Of a DNA stretch of 64,000 nt, positions 39,609 through 51,646 are shown piece by piece. The position numbers were made by a program, and so were the translations under genes. This DNA comes from Vicugna vicugna. Its lineage: Eukaryota. Under the pieces are notes generated by a model. That model was not told the DNA's origin. It did not search any database and saw only the letters and a program-made list of their open reading frames with translations. The first letter of the stretch is position 1; every line of letters begins with the position of its first letter. The stretch is taken from positions 11,182,184 to 11,246,183 of the forward strand of contig MU058844.1 of NCBI GenBank assembly GCA_013265495.1. Reading direction: 5' to 3'.

Positions 39609-40651
39609 AAAAACAAAAACAAAAACAAACAAACAAACAAAAACAATGCATAAATACAGGACAGAAATAGACTCATGGACAGAGAATACAGACTTGTGGT
39701 TACCAGGGGGGTAGAGGGTGGGAAGGGATAGACTGGGATTTCAAAATTGTAGAATAGATGGACAAGATTACACTGTATAGCACAGGGAAATATACACAAA
39801 ATTTTATGATAAATCACAGAGAAAAAAATGTGACAATGAGTGTATATGTCCATGAATGACTGAAAAATTGTGCTGAACACCGGAATTTGACACAACATTG
39901 TAAAATGATTATAAATCAATAAAAAATGTTAAAAAAAAGAGTAAGAAAACAAATATATGTATGTATATGCATGACTGGAACATTGTGCCATACACCAGAA
40001 ATTGACACATTGTAACTGACTGTACTTCAATTAAAAAAAAAAAAGAGGCATCTAAAGTGAAAGATTCCAAATACTGAAAAAAATGGACACTCCTTAAATA
40101 AATCTATCACTGAAAAATAACAACAAGAAAAAAACTGTACAATAGCCCAAAGAATACCTAACATGATTTTCTTAAATGTTATTATGGAATACATTCTCCT
40201 TGAATAAAAATAAAGTTCACAGAACTTTAATACAAAATAAAAGTCACATAAAAAATTCTAGTCAACCTGGATGCTTAAAATATATACAAGTTTACCCTTT
40301 TTGCTTTCCTAAGGTGTAATATAATATACACAAATTATAAGAGCTGCATTCAATGTTCAAAACTGTACCCGATTTAGGGTGACATTATTAACAGCTACTT
40401 CAGATTTCAAAACTATCAGAGCAAGCAGCACTATATTCTTAAAATTCAGTTTCAAAGCTTCAGAGTACACTGTATTAATTTCTTTCACAACAAAAGGACA
40501 CTGAACTCTGCCATCACTTCTCTACTAGTGATCCTAGAAATGATATCCATCTAAATAACATAGGGCAAATATTGCTTTAACTTGATCCACAACAACTCCC
40601 TACAAAGAAGTGCTTCTAACACCTAACGGCCTGATTATGGACTTTATTAAA

Positions 40652-40870
40652 TTGGGAGACTTGCAGATACTAACCACTATATATAAAACAGATAAACAAC
40701 AACTTTATACTGTATAGCACAGGGAACTATATTCAAAATCTTGTAGTAACTTATGGTTAAAAAGAATATGAAAACGAATATATGGATGTTCCTATATGAC
40801 TGATGCATTGTGCTGTACATAAAAAATTGATACAACATTGTAAACTGACTATACTTCAATAAAAATATAT
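40652..40870 (+). mobile_element. Short L1 3' tail (camelid-type)
   Basis: atactgtatagcacagggaactatattcaaaatcttgtagtaac...tgactatacttcaataaaaa. Confidence 0.85.
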
Positions 40871-41542
40871 ATACTAAATCAATCAATCAATCACAGATAT
40901 TCAAATCTTATTTTCTCAGATGAGAAATCCTTCAGAATGTTTAGCCATTTCCTAAGGTTCACATTTTGAGCCATTCTTATCAAAACAGTTACCTCCCCTA
41001 AGCATGCCCACTCTTAGGCAGAGTATTAATGCTGATAGATGGTGAAACAAAAATACTGGTTTAGTGAACACCTGCCTAAATATTTATAAATATTTTTCAA
41101 TATTCTTACCACAATCATCTTGGTGCCTTAACAAGCTGTTAATTTTTTACCTTTCATTTTTTCAGATGATTCTCATGGGTTAAATACCCATTTTAATAGA
41201 ATGAATATAAAATTCAGTATACATGTCAGAAATCTGTCACCCAATATTAATTTTATGTTTAAGATATATTAAGTTTTATACAGCCAAGCACCTCGTAGAA
41301 GATAAATAATTATGAATGATTAATACTGACTAACAATGTTCCTTTGGCTATTGGGTCCTCTTCTGTCAATTGAAGAGGGCATGTGCGTGAAGAGGTGTAT
41401 TATGTGACCAGATAGCAGGCCTGCATAATTAAAATACGGTTTTTCTGTAGCCGAAAGAGGATTAGTAAAATTATCACAAATACAGGGTTAATTCAACACA
41501 CAAACCAGCTTCTCTTCTGTACACAGATTCGAGACTGTGTAT

Positions 41543-41738
41543 CAGTGCTGTCTAACAGAATTTTTTCCTGGGATGAAAATGTTCTACATTTTCCAGTCCG
41601 GCAGCTGCTGGTCTCATAAAGATAGCAAGGACATGGAGTATGGCTAGTTTGGCTGAGAAACTGAATTTTATTTAATGATTGAGCTAAATGTGTATTTAAA
41701 TAGCCATATGACTGGTAGCAACTGTTTAGGACAGTGCA
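41543..41738 (+). mobile_element. MER3 (hAT-Charlie) DNA transposon
   Basis: Termini cagtgctgtctaacagaa ... ggacagtgca and core tggctagtttggctgagaaactgaattttattt...aaatagccatatg match MER3. Confidence 0.8.
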
Positions 41739-42191
41739 TGCAGTTACAGCAGTTAAAGAAAGTCTCAGTTTTTGGAGCTGAAAACATCATTCTTTTTCTC
41801 CCTCACCTTTGTTCTCTACTAATTTTTCTTTCCTCTTTGCTGCTTTTTTGTTCTTCACTCTAAATGTTGTACAGTATAACTTCATATGTGCTTAGCACTG
41901 TTATCTGCTGGGTCAGGGAAAAGAATAAATTTAGAATTAATCTAAGTCATGAGTTTTATTTTTTTAGCATTTAAAATTGAGTTGGGGAGTCAATCATATA
42001 CATATGCACACACACACATAGGCACATATAATATACATATCCTGCACATATAATATATATATATATATATCCTGATCATAGCAAATAATTTTGCATATTA
42101 TTTCAGAGGAAGAGGAAATTATTGCAAGCAGAGTACCTTGGTGTGGTTGAAGCATGGAGTCTTAGAGAGGTTCTTTAAGAATAAGTTTAGA

Positions 42192-42381
42192 GGGGGAGGG
42201 TATAGCTTAGTGGCACAGTGCATGCTTAGCATGCATGAGATCCTGGGTTCAATCCCCAGTATCTCTATTAAAAATAAAAATAAAAATAAAAAAATAAAAA
42301 TAAAAATAAATAATAATAAATAAATAAAACTAAATACTCCCAAAAAAACAAACAAAAAAAGTTGACTAATTAAATTAAAAG
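42192..42381 (+). mobile_element. vic-1-type camelid tRNA-derived SINE
   Basis: GGGGAGGGTATAGCTTAGTGG (A box) ... ATCCTGGGTTCAATCCCCAGT (B box), followed by an (AAAAAT)n/AAAT tract and an A-rich tail. Confidence 0.88.
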
Positions 42382-42396
42382 AAGAGTATGTTTAGA

Positions 42397-42514
42397 CCTT
42401 TACTGAAAAAGAATATGAAAATGGATATATGTATATATAGGTAGGACTGGGATATTATGCTGTACACCAGAAACTGACACATTATAACAGATTATACTTC
42501 AATTAAAAAGAAAA
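42397..42514 (+). mobile_element. Very short L1 3' tail
   Basis: cctttactgaaaaagaatatgaaa...tatgctgtacaccagaaactgacacattataacagattatacttcaattaaaaag. Confidence 0.8.
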
Positions 42515-43142
42515 AAGAAGAAGTTTAGAAAAGTATTCAGGGTCTAGATCACATATGACCTCAGGATGAGTTTGACTTTTACCCATTAGACAACAGAAAA
42601 ATATTCAAGGGTTTAAAACTAGAGTAAAACATGTTTTTGCTTTTTTTTTTTTTTTAAGATTATTCTGGAAGGATTGATCTGCATTGCAATAAGATGGTGT
42701 ACTTTAATTGTCTCTACATTGTGTTATAATCATCTTTTCTATATGTCTGTTCCCTCAACTACAATCCAAAGATTGTTGAGAGACGAAATTAATCTTATTT
42801 ATTTTAGTATTTAAAGCACCTACCATAATGTCAGGCTCACACTAAGTACTCATAAACCATTATAAATTATTTATTGAATGTATGTGCATCCAAAACTACA
42901 AATATTTGCCTTTGTAATCCTCAAATAGTTTCAAAAGATGCAAAACTTAAGCCTCTAGCTTTCTTTCTTCTTTTCCTTTTTACAGGAATAGCTAGAATGC
43001 GATTCTCGTTTTCTGCATTAAATATTTTATTCTTTACTCAGTCTCTGTAGCGTGAACTTTTAAACTTGGGGCACCAAAGGAGAGATCGCAGTCTACGTTG
43101 GCTAATCACTGAGGGTGGTCTTCCTAGTAACAGCACCTATTC

Positions 43143-43181
43143 CTTCCTGCTCCAAATCACCAGGAGATTTGGAGCAGGAAG
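43143..43181. repeat. Perfect 16-bp inverted repeat with 7-nt loop
   Basis: CTTCCTGCTCCAAATC-accagga-GATTTGGAGCAGGAAG. Confidence 0.95.
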
Positions 43182-43889
43182 AGGCCAGGAGAATCTGTTC
43201 ACTTCTCATGCCTACATATTAGAGACTTGAAGGTTCCTTTTGACCAAAAAAAAAAAAGAGAGAGAGCTGAAGTACGCAATTTAGGGTAAGGTAGACCAAG
43301 GGAAGCCAAGGAAGTTGGAGAAAACAGAACCACGACATGCCTTCTAAAATCACCATCCTAAGGCAAGCAGCAGACAACTGGATATAATTGAGCAGAGGGA
43401 CTGAACACGTCCTTTCCGCCTTGACCATCTAAGAGGCAGCATTCACATGAGCAACATGCTACCTCCAGTAATGGCTACTCATCCTCACAGTTTTTATGGA
43501 AATTTCTGTTAACCGAGATGGTACCACCCTTTTATTTTCCCCAGTGAACCCTGAATTACGAGTGAGCATCAGAAGACCAGCAGTTCTCGGGCCTATGAGC
43601 AGCCCCACAAGCGAAAGCAGGTACACATGACAACACAAGGGAAATACCCTGATTAGCAAAGAACCTCAGGGACATGCAGCCTCAGAGAATTCAATTCAGA
43701 AAGGCCAAGAGCGTGGATTAAAAACGTAAGTAGGGGTTTCCGTGACTAAATGGAGATAAAAATCTCTCAACAGCAGGTGGTGCAATGCTCAAAACATGCA
43801 AAATGCAACTGTTTCCAAAGTATTTTTTCTTATACTTTCATTATAATGTTTCGGAATTTCTGAAAATCACTTTCATAGAATGCATAAGA

Positions 43890-44490
43890 TGTATAAAGAA
43901 AAATTCATGATACTTGCCCTGAGGGAAATCATAGTCCAAAAATTGAGTCAGATATGCAAAGCTTAATCATTAATGTGATCATTTGGATGGTATAACAGAG
44001 TTGTAGAGAGAATTCACTGAAGGCAGTGGAGGGAGTTGATTACCTAAACGCCTCTAAGCAGGAAGGCTAGTAGTGAGAGCTTCAGAGAAAAAGGAGTTGT
44101 TTGACAGTTGAATAATGACTTTCCAAGTGATCAAGGGGAGAGAGAATTTCGGACAGTGAAAGCCAAGTGCACAAAGGCAAAGGGGCATATACATCTGGAG
44201 AAGCATCTGGGGAACTCCATGTAGGTTCATCAACTAAGCTGTAAGGTATGATTGTAGAGGAAAGAACATAAACTTTGAAAACAGACAAGGTCACAGCACT
44301 GATCCACCACCAATTATCTGGGTGACTTGGAACATATTAAATAACTTATCCAAGTCTCATTTGTTAGGAGAAGAGAATATTAATTACTGTGTAATCTTCT
44401 AGTGAAGATTAAATAAAATAGGTATCTGAAATATTTTAACAGTCTAGGGGAATAAGATGCTCAACATATGATAGCTGTTATCATTATCTT
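43890..44490. mobile_element. Antisense L2 fragment followed by MIR
   Basis: acttgccctgagggaaatcatagtc...tgcacaaaggcaaagggg (L2). gggtgacttggaacatattaaataactt...gaagattaaataaaatag (MIR). Confidence 0.55.
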
Positions 44491-45465
44491 CATCACCATC
44501 ATCACCTTCAGATTGGAGAGGTAGGCTCCTGGAACCCTTGTGTTCTACACTGACTGTATATGTAGGAGGCATTTAAAGACTTCAAACAGAGAAAAACAAA
44601 CCCATATTTGTTCTAGGAAAATAGGAAGAACTGAACCTGGAATTGGGAAAAACAGCAAGAAATCAGTGGTAACAGCCCTGGAAATATGACTACAGAACTA
44701 AGACACTAAGGGCTGAGATGGAGAGAGGGGATGTTACCATGTTTACTTTTCCCCTTTCCCTCTTCCCCATGCAAAGCTTAAGTGCTTTATGAAAGGCTTC
44801 CAACACAAAGTCACAATTGAGGTTGCTGTGGTTACAGTGGGAGGCAAAAAATATCGTGATCTTTTCTTCCAGCCCCATTCTTAAAACAATAATTTTATCA
44901 AACTCTTATTTTAGAAATACTGTGTTATAGTTCACCTTCTGCCAGGAAAGTTTTCTGTTCTGGCTTTCAAAGTAAATACAAGAAATAACAGGAATCCTGT
45001 CACTCAAACTGTACCCCTTGCCCTCATCCATGGTATTTAAGATTCTGCACATAATGTCTGATAAAGAGCTTTGAGCCATGTAACAGTGAATAAGAAACAG
45101 TCAATAAAAATTGAACGTAGCTGCTGGGCACTGCCATTGTCACTCACAGCAGCATAACTATACAAATTCTCTGTCACAACCTGTGCAGATCCCTTGTCAA
45201 AAAGGTTTAGTTTTCAGAGCAATATAAGAAACACTTTAAAGAAAACTCCCACATTATCTTCCACTAAACCTGCGAGAAGTTTTAGCTTGATTTTTCAAAC
45301 TGTTGCTGAAGTTCACAGCATTTCTTGTGAATATGTTCCCACTCAATCGGGCACAATGGCGAAAACCAATACCTAACATATCGTCACCTAACGTTGATCT
45401 GGCCTATTTTTTTTATTGTCTTTGCTCTCAAAATGTTTTAATTCTAACAGCAGGGCAAACTGTTA

Positions 45466-45600
45466 ATAATTGAGAGCAAATATAGTAGACAAGATATATA
45501 TTACGTATATCGTATATAATAACTGAATGTAATTATAGTAGACAAGATAAATACTGTGTATATCGTGTACGGTAACTGAGTGTAAATATAGCAGACAAAC
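45466..45600. repeat. Degenerate 53-bp minisatellite, ~2.5 copies
   Basis: tatagtagacaag at 45481 and 45534, and tatagcagacaa at 45587 (period 53). Confidence 0.85.
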
Positions 45601-45774
45601 ATAGTAGTGTCCCTACTACCTGTGTACTTCCCAAAGCAATGTACCAGAGTTCCAGAGCTGATTGCTCTGCTTAGTTAAATAGATGCTTAGTTACTGTAAA
45701 TAGTTTCCTGTAATCCCAGGAAAAACATATTAACCTCTGTTTTCCTAGTGCTTTATATTTCACAAAGTGGTTTA

Positions 45775-47290
45775 TTACTCAGTCATTCATTTCGTCAATA
45801 CATGTGTATTGATCATTTATTATACGACGGACACCGTTCTGGGAACATGGCAGAGAGCAAAGTAGACCGGGATCCTCACCCTGATGGCGTTTGCACTCGT
45901 GATCTTGTTGGGAAGGTAGATGATCCAGTGTGTAACAAGGCGATGGGTGCCACCAAAACAAATCAAGTTGGGGAAGGAGATAAAAAGTGCTGAGCACTTG
46001 CGAGGTCAGGGAACAAAGGTGTAAAGGAAATGAAGGAGCACACCACGCTGGTATCTGGAGGTAAGGCACCCTTGGGAATGGAAACGAGACCACAGAGATC
46101 TTAGGTAGCAACGTGTAGAGGTATTCTCTAAATGGCCAGGAAGACAGTGTAGCTGTAGATAAATGAAAGAGAAAAAGTGGTTGCAAAAAAAGTCCAACAA
46201 TTAATGCCAGGCCAGATTTCGTAGGGTTTGAAGACCATTTTAAGGACTTTACTTTTTGCTTTGAGTGAAACAGGAGACATTAGTGGGATCAGAGCAGATC
46301 AAAATCATGATCTGACTTCAAGTTTTAAAAAAATGTTATTATTCTGAATTGAAAAGAAACATTGGAGGACAAGAAGAGGAACAGAGAGACACCTTAGGGA
46401 CAATACAGCAACAATCCAAGAGAGAAAGATGGTGGCCTGCACTAGAGTGATAGCAGAGGAAGTGACATTTTATTTTGGCTATTTTTAAAGTTGGAGCTGG
46501 AAGTATTTCCAATTGACTAGATGTATCAATGATGACTTCAAAATTTGGGGTCTGCACACGGGATGGAGACCACAGCCACTAACTGAAATGGGGAAAAAGT
46601 CTGGATAAAGAGAACTGTGGGAGGGGAAATTAGGGGGTCAGTATTGTCCTACTTAAGTTTAAGACATCTATTAAATACCCAACTAGAGACGTTTAGAAGG
46701 CAGTTGGATGCATAAGTCTGGAGAGTTCAGGAGGGAATATAGACCAGAAAGAAAAAAATTGGGGAACCGCCAGCATAGAAACTGTATTTAAAACATGTTG
46801 CTGGGTGTGGTCACCAAGGTGGATAAAGAAGATGTCCAAGAACTGAGCTTGGAGGCACCCCAAAATGAAGAAATTGGGGAGGTGAGAAGGAACAGCAAAA
46901 GATACTGAGAAGCAGCAGCCTTGAATGCAGGAAGGAAATCAGGAGAATTCTGTGTCATCATAGCTACATAAATAAAAAGTACTTGCAGGAGGAGAGATCC
47001 ACTGTGGCATGATGAAAACTGGACACTGACTTCTGAATTTAGGGATGTAGCCATTACTGCAGATGTGACAAGAGAGGTTTCTGTGGAGAGGGTGCAAGCT
47101 TTGTTGGAGTGAATTAAAGAGGAAATGGAGAATAAATGAAGATTTCAACCAAAGAAATCTCTTTCAAGGAATGTTGCTTCACAAAGGAGTGGAGAAATGG
47201 GAAGTTGTATGAGTGGAAATGACATAAAGATAAAGAAAGAGCTTAGTTAAGATGGGAAAAATATCATGTTTATGTGCAGATGCATTATAT
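45775..47290 (-). mobile_element. Long L2 (L2a-like) remnant
   Basis: Starts with the antisense L2 tail cattcatttcgtcaatacatgtgtattga. Contains ttaagtttaagacatctattaaatacccaactagagacgtttagaaggcagttggatgcataagtctggagagttcagg. Confidence 0.85.
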
Positions 47291-47510
47291 TGTTTTAATG
47301 CTAACAACCATGTGAGGTAGATATGATTTTCCCCTATTTTACAGGAAAGCAAAAACAAAACGAAACAAAAAACACGAAACCAAAAACACCGAAAATGACA
47401 CTGATCAGATTTTGGGACTTGTCCGAGTCCTGCCATTGAGTTAGTGTTAACAGGGATTTAATTACTGAAGGGTCCTTTGATTCCCAAGCACGCACTCATT
47501 TCGCTATACA
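47290..47510 (-). mobile_element. MIR SINE
   Basis: taacaaccatgtgaggtagatatgattttcccctattttacagg...gactt...cagggattt. Confidence 0.6.
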
Positions 47511-50500
47511 GGGGAGCCGTTTGCCTAAGAACAAGCGCTAGAAGAGAAGAGGGGGAGGAATTCGTCTCGCTGTGATGAGACGCCAGGAACCGCCAGCATA
47601 TAAGGAACACTACTGACCTAATCGTAAGTTCTCCGCTGACATTTTTATTGATACTTGTGTTTACTTTCTAGGACTGACTTCTGCACCCTTATTTAAGATT
47701 GTCTCCTAACTCAAAACATCATTTAAAACAAAACACGATAATTACTATTTATGACCTTGGAATTTTTAAAAAATTATATTAATTTATAGAAACAATTTCT
47801 TGCTACTGATCAAAACAGAAAAGGGAAATCCAAATGGAAACTAGTTTTGCAAATGCCATTCACTGTAAGATAAGATAACATATCTAAACTCCTGAACATT
47901 TTTATGTTTAATGTCCTTTCATCTCAATCTTATATTTTAATGAGTTATAGTCTTTTTAGGAATTAATTTGGATACATTACACGCTATTTAGTATACACTG
48001 GAAGACTCCAGTTCACATTCTTTTACAAAAGAGAATAGTGAATTTTTAGTTATGAAGATACAAAGACTTGTATGCTATAAATATCTAACAACATTATATA
48101 CTCTGACTTACAAGAGAAATAATTCTTCACTTTCCTTGTTTGGTATCAGCCAGCACATATTTTGGTGTGATGATATCTACAGGTCTTAAATAAAGAGAAA
48201 GAAAGATGAATTGTACTACAGGTAGAATGTACTTTCATTCTCACTACATACAGCTGAGTTTTTATTTGTTTCTCCAAAAACTAAATACGTTGTTACTGCA
48301 TTCATCCAGGAACTAATTAATTCAGTTTTTTACCTCCAACGTCACTGAATTAGGCAACCCTGCTGGTGGGGAGTGTGAAATACCAAAAGAAAATAATTTT
48401 TAGATGCTTTAAACTTGTACTTGGGAAAATTAATGACTGTGTAAGGAGAAAAACATGCTTCCAGCAAAGAAGCAAACACAGAGATAATTAGAGAGCACGC
48501 GATAATATAAAACTAATATTTTATGACATATGCATGTTCTTCCACTTGATGATCATTTCAAAGCTTGGTAAAGGAAGTGTTACCAATTAGTTGCTTTGAA
48601 AAGTACATCCAACTGAAAAAGAAACTCTCAAACAGCTGAAAATAATTATAGGTGATACAGCAAATGTTCATGTAATAATGGGTACCATTATGACATAAAT
48701 AAGACTTACTTTGGTTTCAAAAATCATATTTCACCAAAATGTAGACAGTCCTAAGTTTTTGTACTCTATGCATGAAAAAAATGCTTAGAAAAATAATCAT
48801 TTTCAGCTATTTTCTCTTCTGACTGTACGATGTATATACGGACGTATATATGAATGTATAAATGAATATAAGAAAATATTTGAATTTCTTGATTTAAACA
48901 ATACACATGAAATGATATGAAGGAAAAGCTAAATATTATCTCACCTATATACCCATTATTTGCAGCCCCGTAGAACTGTGAGACAGTCATTGTTCAATAT
49001 TCTTAGGTGCTCAGATTCTCAGCTGTCCTTTTTTATTAGTTGGTACATATGCTAACTCTTTCTTTTGTTCCTCTGTTATTTCTAATGCACATATATACTT
49101 CTACACACATAACATTTTACACAGATGTGATCATTTATACAATTTTGTGCTATTTTCTTTTCTGTAGTTGCCTCCTCTTCCTTATTAGTTCCTTCCATTC
49201 CACCCTCCATATCTCCCCTTCCCCACAATCCCAACCAGGAGCCCTAGGTAATGTGTCTAAATCATCCGAGGGTGAAAATCTCTATGTTCCGTGCTCTTAG
49301 AGCCACATACCCATAGATAAACTTGCATGGGATATTTTCCATTATTTAGAGGAGTATACTCAAAATAACTATCATGCATCTCTGTGTGCTGTTTTTACTC
49401 ATCAGCAGCTTGTGAAAATTGCAAATCACTCCAGGTTATCTGAGTCAGCTTCATTCTTTTAAATGGCTAAGTAACACTGTGTTGTCAATGTACCCTTATT
49501 CCTTCAATCCAACTTGCATGGTTCTAATTTTATGAAATAATAATAGCATTTTAATTTTAAAAGATTGTGAGATAGTGGTTTAGTAAAGCATTTGCCCAGG
49601 TGCTGCTGTTCAAATACTTCTCTATCTTGTCCTGATCTCTCAACAAGAACCTCCTGTCATCAGGCCTGGACCCAGCCTGGAAATGACAGGAAAGGGACAG
49701 TATACAGTTTTAAAAATAAGTAAAACCTTTGCAGATAAGCTAGAGTTCACTACAATCAAATTTCATCTCAAAAAATGTTACGGCTCAGTTCAAAATAAAA
49801 CTGATGTAAAATGAAAAAAAAAAAAAAGAGTATCAGCTTAGAATCCATTCCAGAAAGTTCCAACAGTGATTCAGATGTCTGAAGTCTCTGGCATGACAAG
49901 GTGCCAGAGAGTTCTTTCTAAATTCCTCTTTCCCCTTGTTAGATTCTTGGCTCATTTGCACTTAACTCTAAACTGCCATCACATTAACGGAGGAAATTGA
50001 GCATACAGGAACATCTGAGTTGATTAAAAGGAAGAGTTAGTAAGATTTTAGTTGTTTTATTAATTGCTAAAGTAATCATTTTGATATAAAATTATGTATT
50101 TAAGTTTGAATAAAATTTCAAAGAAATGTGTTCATGGTCTGCAGAATAAATAAGCATGTAGAGCATGACAAAGAAGTCATCTGGCTCTAGAATTCTGTCC
50201 CTGTCATTAAATAACTGAATACATTTAAGTAAAGTATTTGTCCTCCATCCATAAGCTGAATCAATTCTTTACTCAGCTGTGAGATTAAAATGAAGTAATA
50301 TAAGTGGACCCGCTTCATATGTCTACAAACAGTAAATAAAGAACAGTGCTATCATGAAGTAATTGCAAAAAATACATAAGAATACTATTAATCTTTCATT
50401 CATTCACTTAATAAACATGTTCTGAATATCTCTAGATACCATAAATGGAGCCAAACTAGGAAAGAGAGCGGGTCAAACAACAATAAAGAAAAGTGCCTCT

Positions 50501-50679
50501 CTTCAAGGGGGCCGTTTGTGTCACATGTGTATATATAATGTTATAGAAAATCAAACATGTTGCCATGTCAATCTGCTAATTCAGCTTTAACTTATTCTGT
50601 GGACCAGTCACCATCTCTCTCTACTTGTAAGTGACTTTAAGGAGCCACACCCAATGAAGTGTGTGTTTAAGTAGTATAT

Positions 50680-50830
50680 AGAAGAGCCGCATTCAATCAG
50701 ATGCAATAAAATCAAAGCTCTAAACATGTATAAGGATAATTTACTTAAGCTCTTTGAGTCTTTCTTCAAATATAAAAATGGGAAGACTAACACCTTCCTT
50801 ACAATGTTAATTTAAGAATGAAATTAAAAG
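50680..50830 (+). mobile_element. MIR SINE
   Basis: aatttacttaagctctttgagtctttcttcaaatataaaaatgggaagactaacaccttccttac. Confidence 0.6.
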
Positions 50831-51646
50831 ACACAATATCTGTCTATCCATCCATTCATCTATCCATCCAGGCCATATACTGGAAAATAAATGGGTCAGT
50901 CTTCCTTTCTAAATATATTTTTAATTTAATTTAATTTTTAATATCAACCAGATATTTTAGTCATTAAAAAGGCAAAGGCATAACATTTTACAATGTGATA
51001 ATTTCAAAAAGAAAGTATCAAAGTTATTTCTTGCCCACAGAGCTGAGAAAGACATTAGTTGGATTTCCTTACACTTATTGTCATGATTTGGTATTGTTGG
51101 GCAGTGTGCAGTCTTTTCAGGGTTTAGGGTATCTAAGTGACTGAATGTGGACTTAGGGAAAGAGTTTTATGTTACAGGAAAAAATACATTTTATTCTAAT
51201 TCTTAAATGCTAGGCAGATATACTAATGGAATTATTTTACGAGGTTGAATTTTGTCAAGAGCATTGGTGTCAATGCTGAATCAACGGCCCTCTGATCAGA
51301 GGGAATATCCTGATTGGAAAGGACTTGCTCATTTTTACTTCCACCATGGCAGATTTCAAGAGGCCAACATGATGCCACTGGACACCGAGCTGATCAGGAG
51401 TAGACACAGTCAGCTGTCTGGAACTCTAGCACACCAGTGGTTAGAACATACTACTTAACAAATTTCACACTTCAAAATCTGGCAGTGTTATCAGTTATCT
51501 GTTTTACTCTTTTTCAATCAAAGCTAAATCTCTTCTACAGCATTCCTATCCACTGAAGGCAAGTCATGATTTTCAAAGAGATTTCACATATATCATTTTT
51601 CCTCAAGAACTTTCCAATTATGAAAAAGACATTTAAAGTTCTTCCA

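Larger units (their letters stand above)
38263..39933 (+). mobile_element. Young 5'-truncated L1 (ORF2 RT domain to poly(A)) with TSD
   Basis: Translates to [15 protein letters not shown]...YADDM (RT catalytic motif) and [10 protein letters not shown]...MRSLIC (C-terminal Cys-rich region), followed by 3'UTR and poly(A). TSD AAAAAGAGTA at 38253-38262 and 39934-39943. Confidence 0.95.
38140..40045 (+). mobile_element. Older L1 3'-tail element split by a nested younger L1
   Basis: The left half (38140-38262, ...taacctttaatgaaaaagagta) continues at 39944-40045 (agaaaacaaatatatgtatg...cttcaattaaaaaaaa). Confidence 0.8.

Noticed and set aside
42192..42265. tRNA gene (A and B boxes present)
   Set aside because: It is the head of a tRNA-derived SINE, with an A-rich tail, TSD and non-canonical acceptor stem.
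45466..45600. CRISPR-like array
   Set aside because: This is eukaryotic DNA, the units are homologous throughout (no unique spacers) and there are no cas genes.
47572..47640. Possible C/D-box snoRNA (GTGATGA ... CTGA about 65 nt apart)
   Set aside because: There is no terminal stem and no recognisable rRNA or snRNA antisense element, and such short motifs are expected by chance.
28262..51646. Inversion of the interval between the inverted arms, suggested by mostly + strand L1s inside and mostly - strand L1s to the left
   Set aside because: The host L2 is collinear across both the outer and inner flanks of copy A, so no crossover between arms is evident. The L1 counts are too small to be meaningful.
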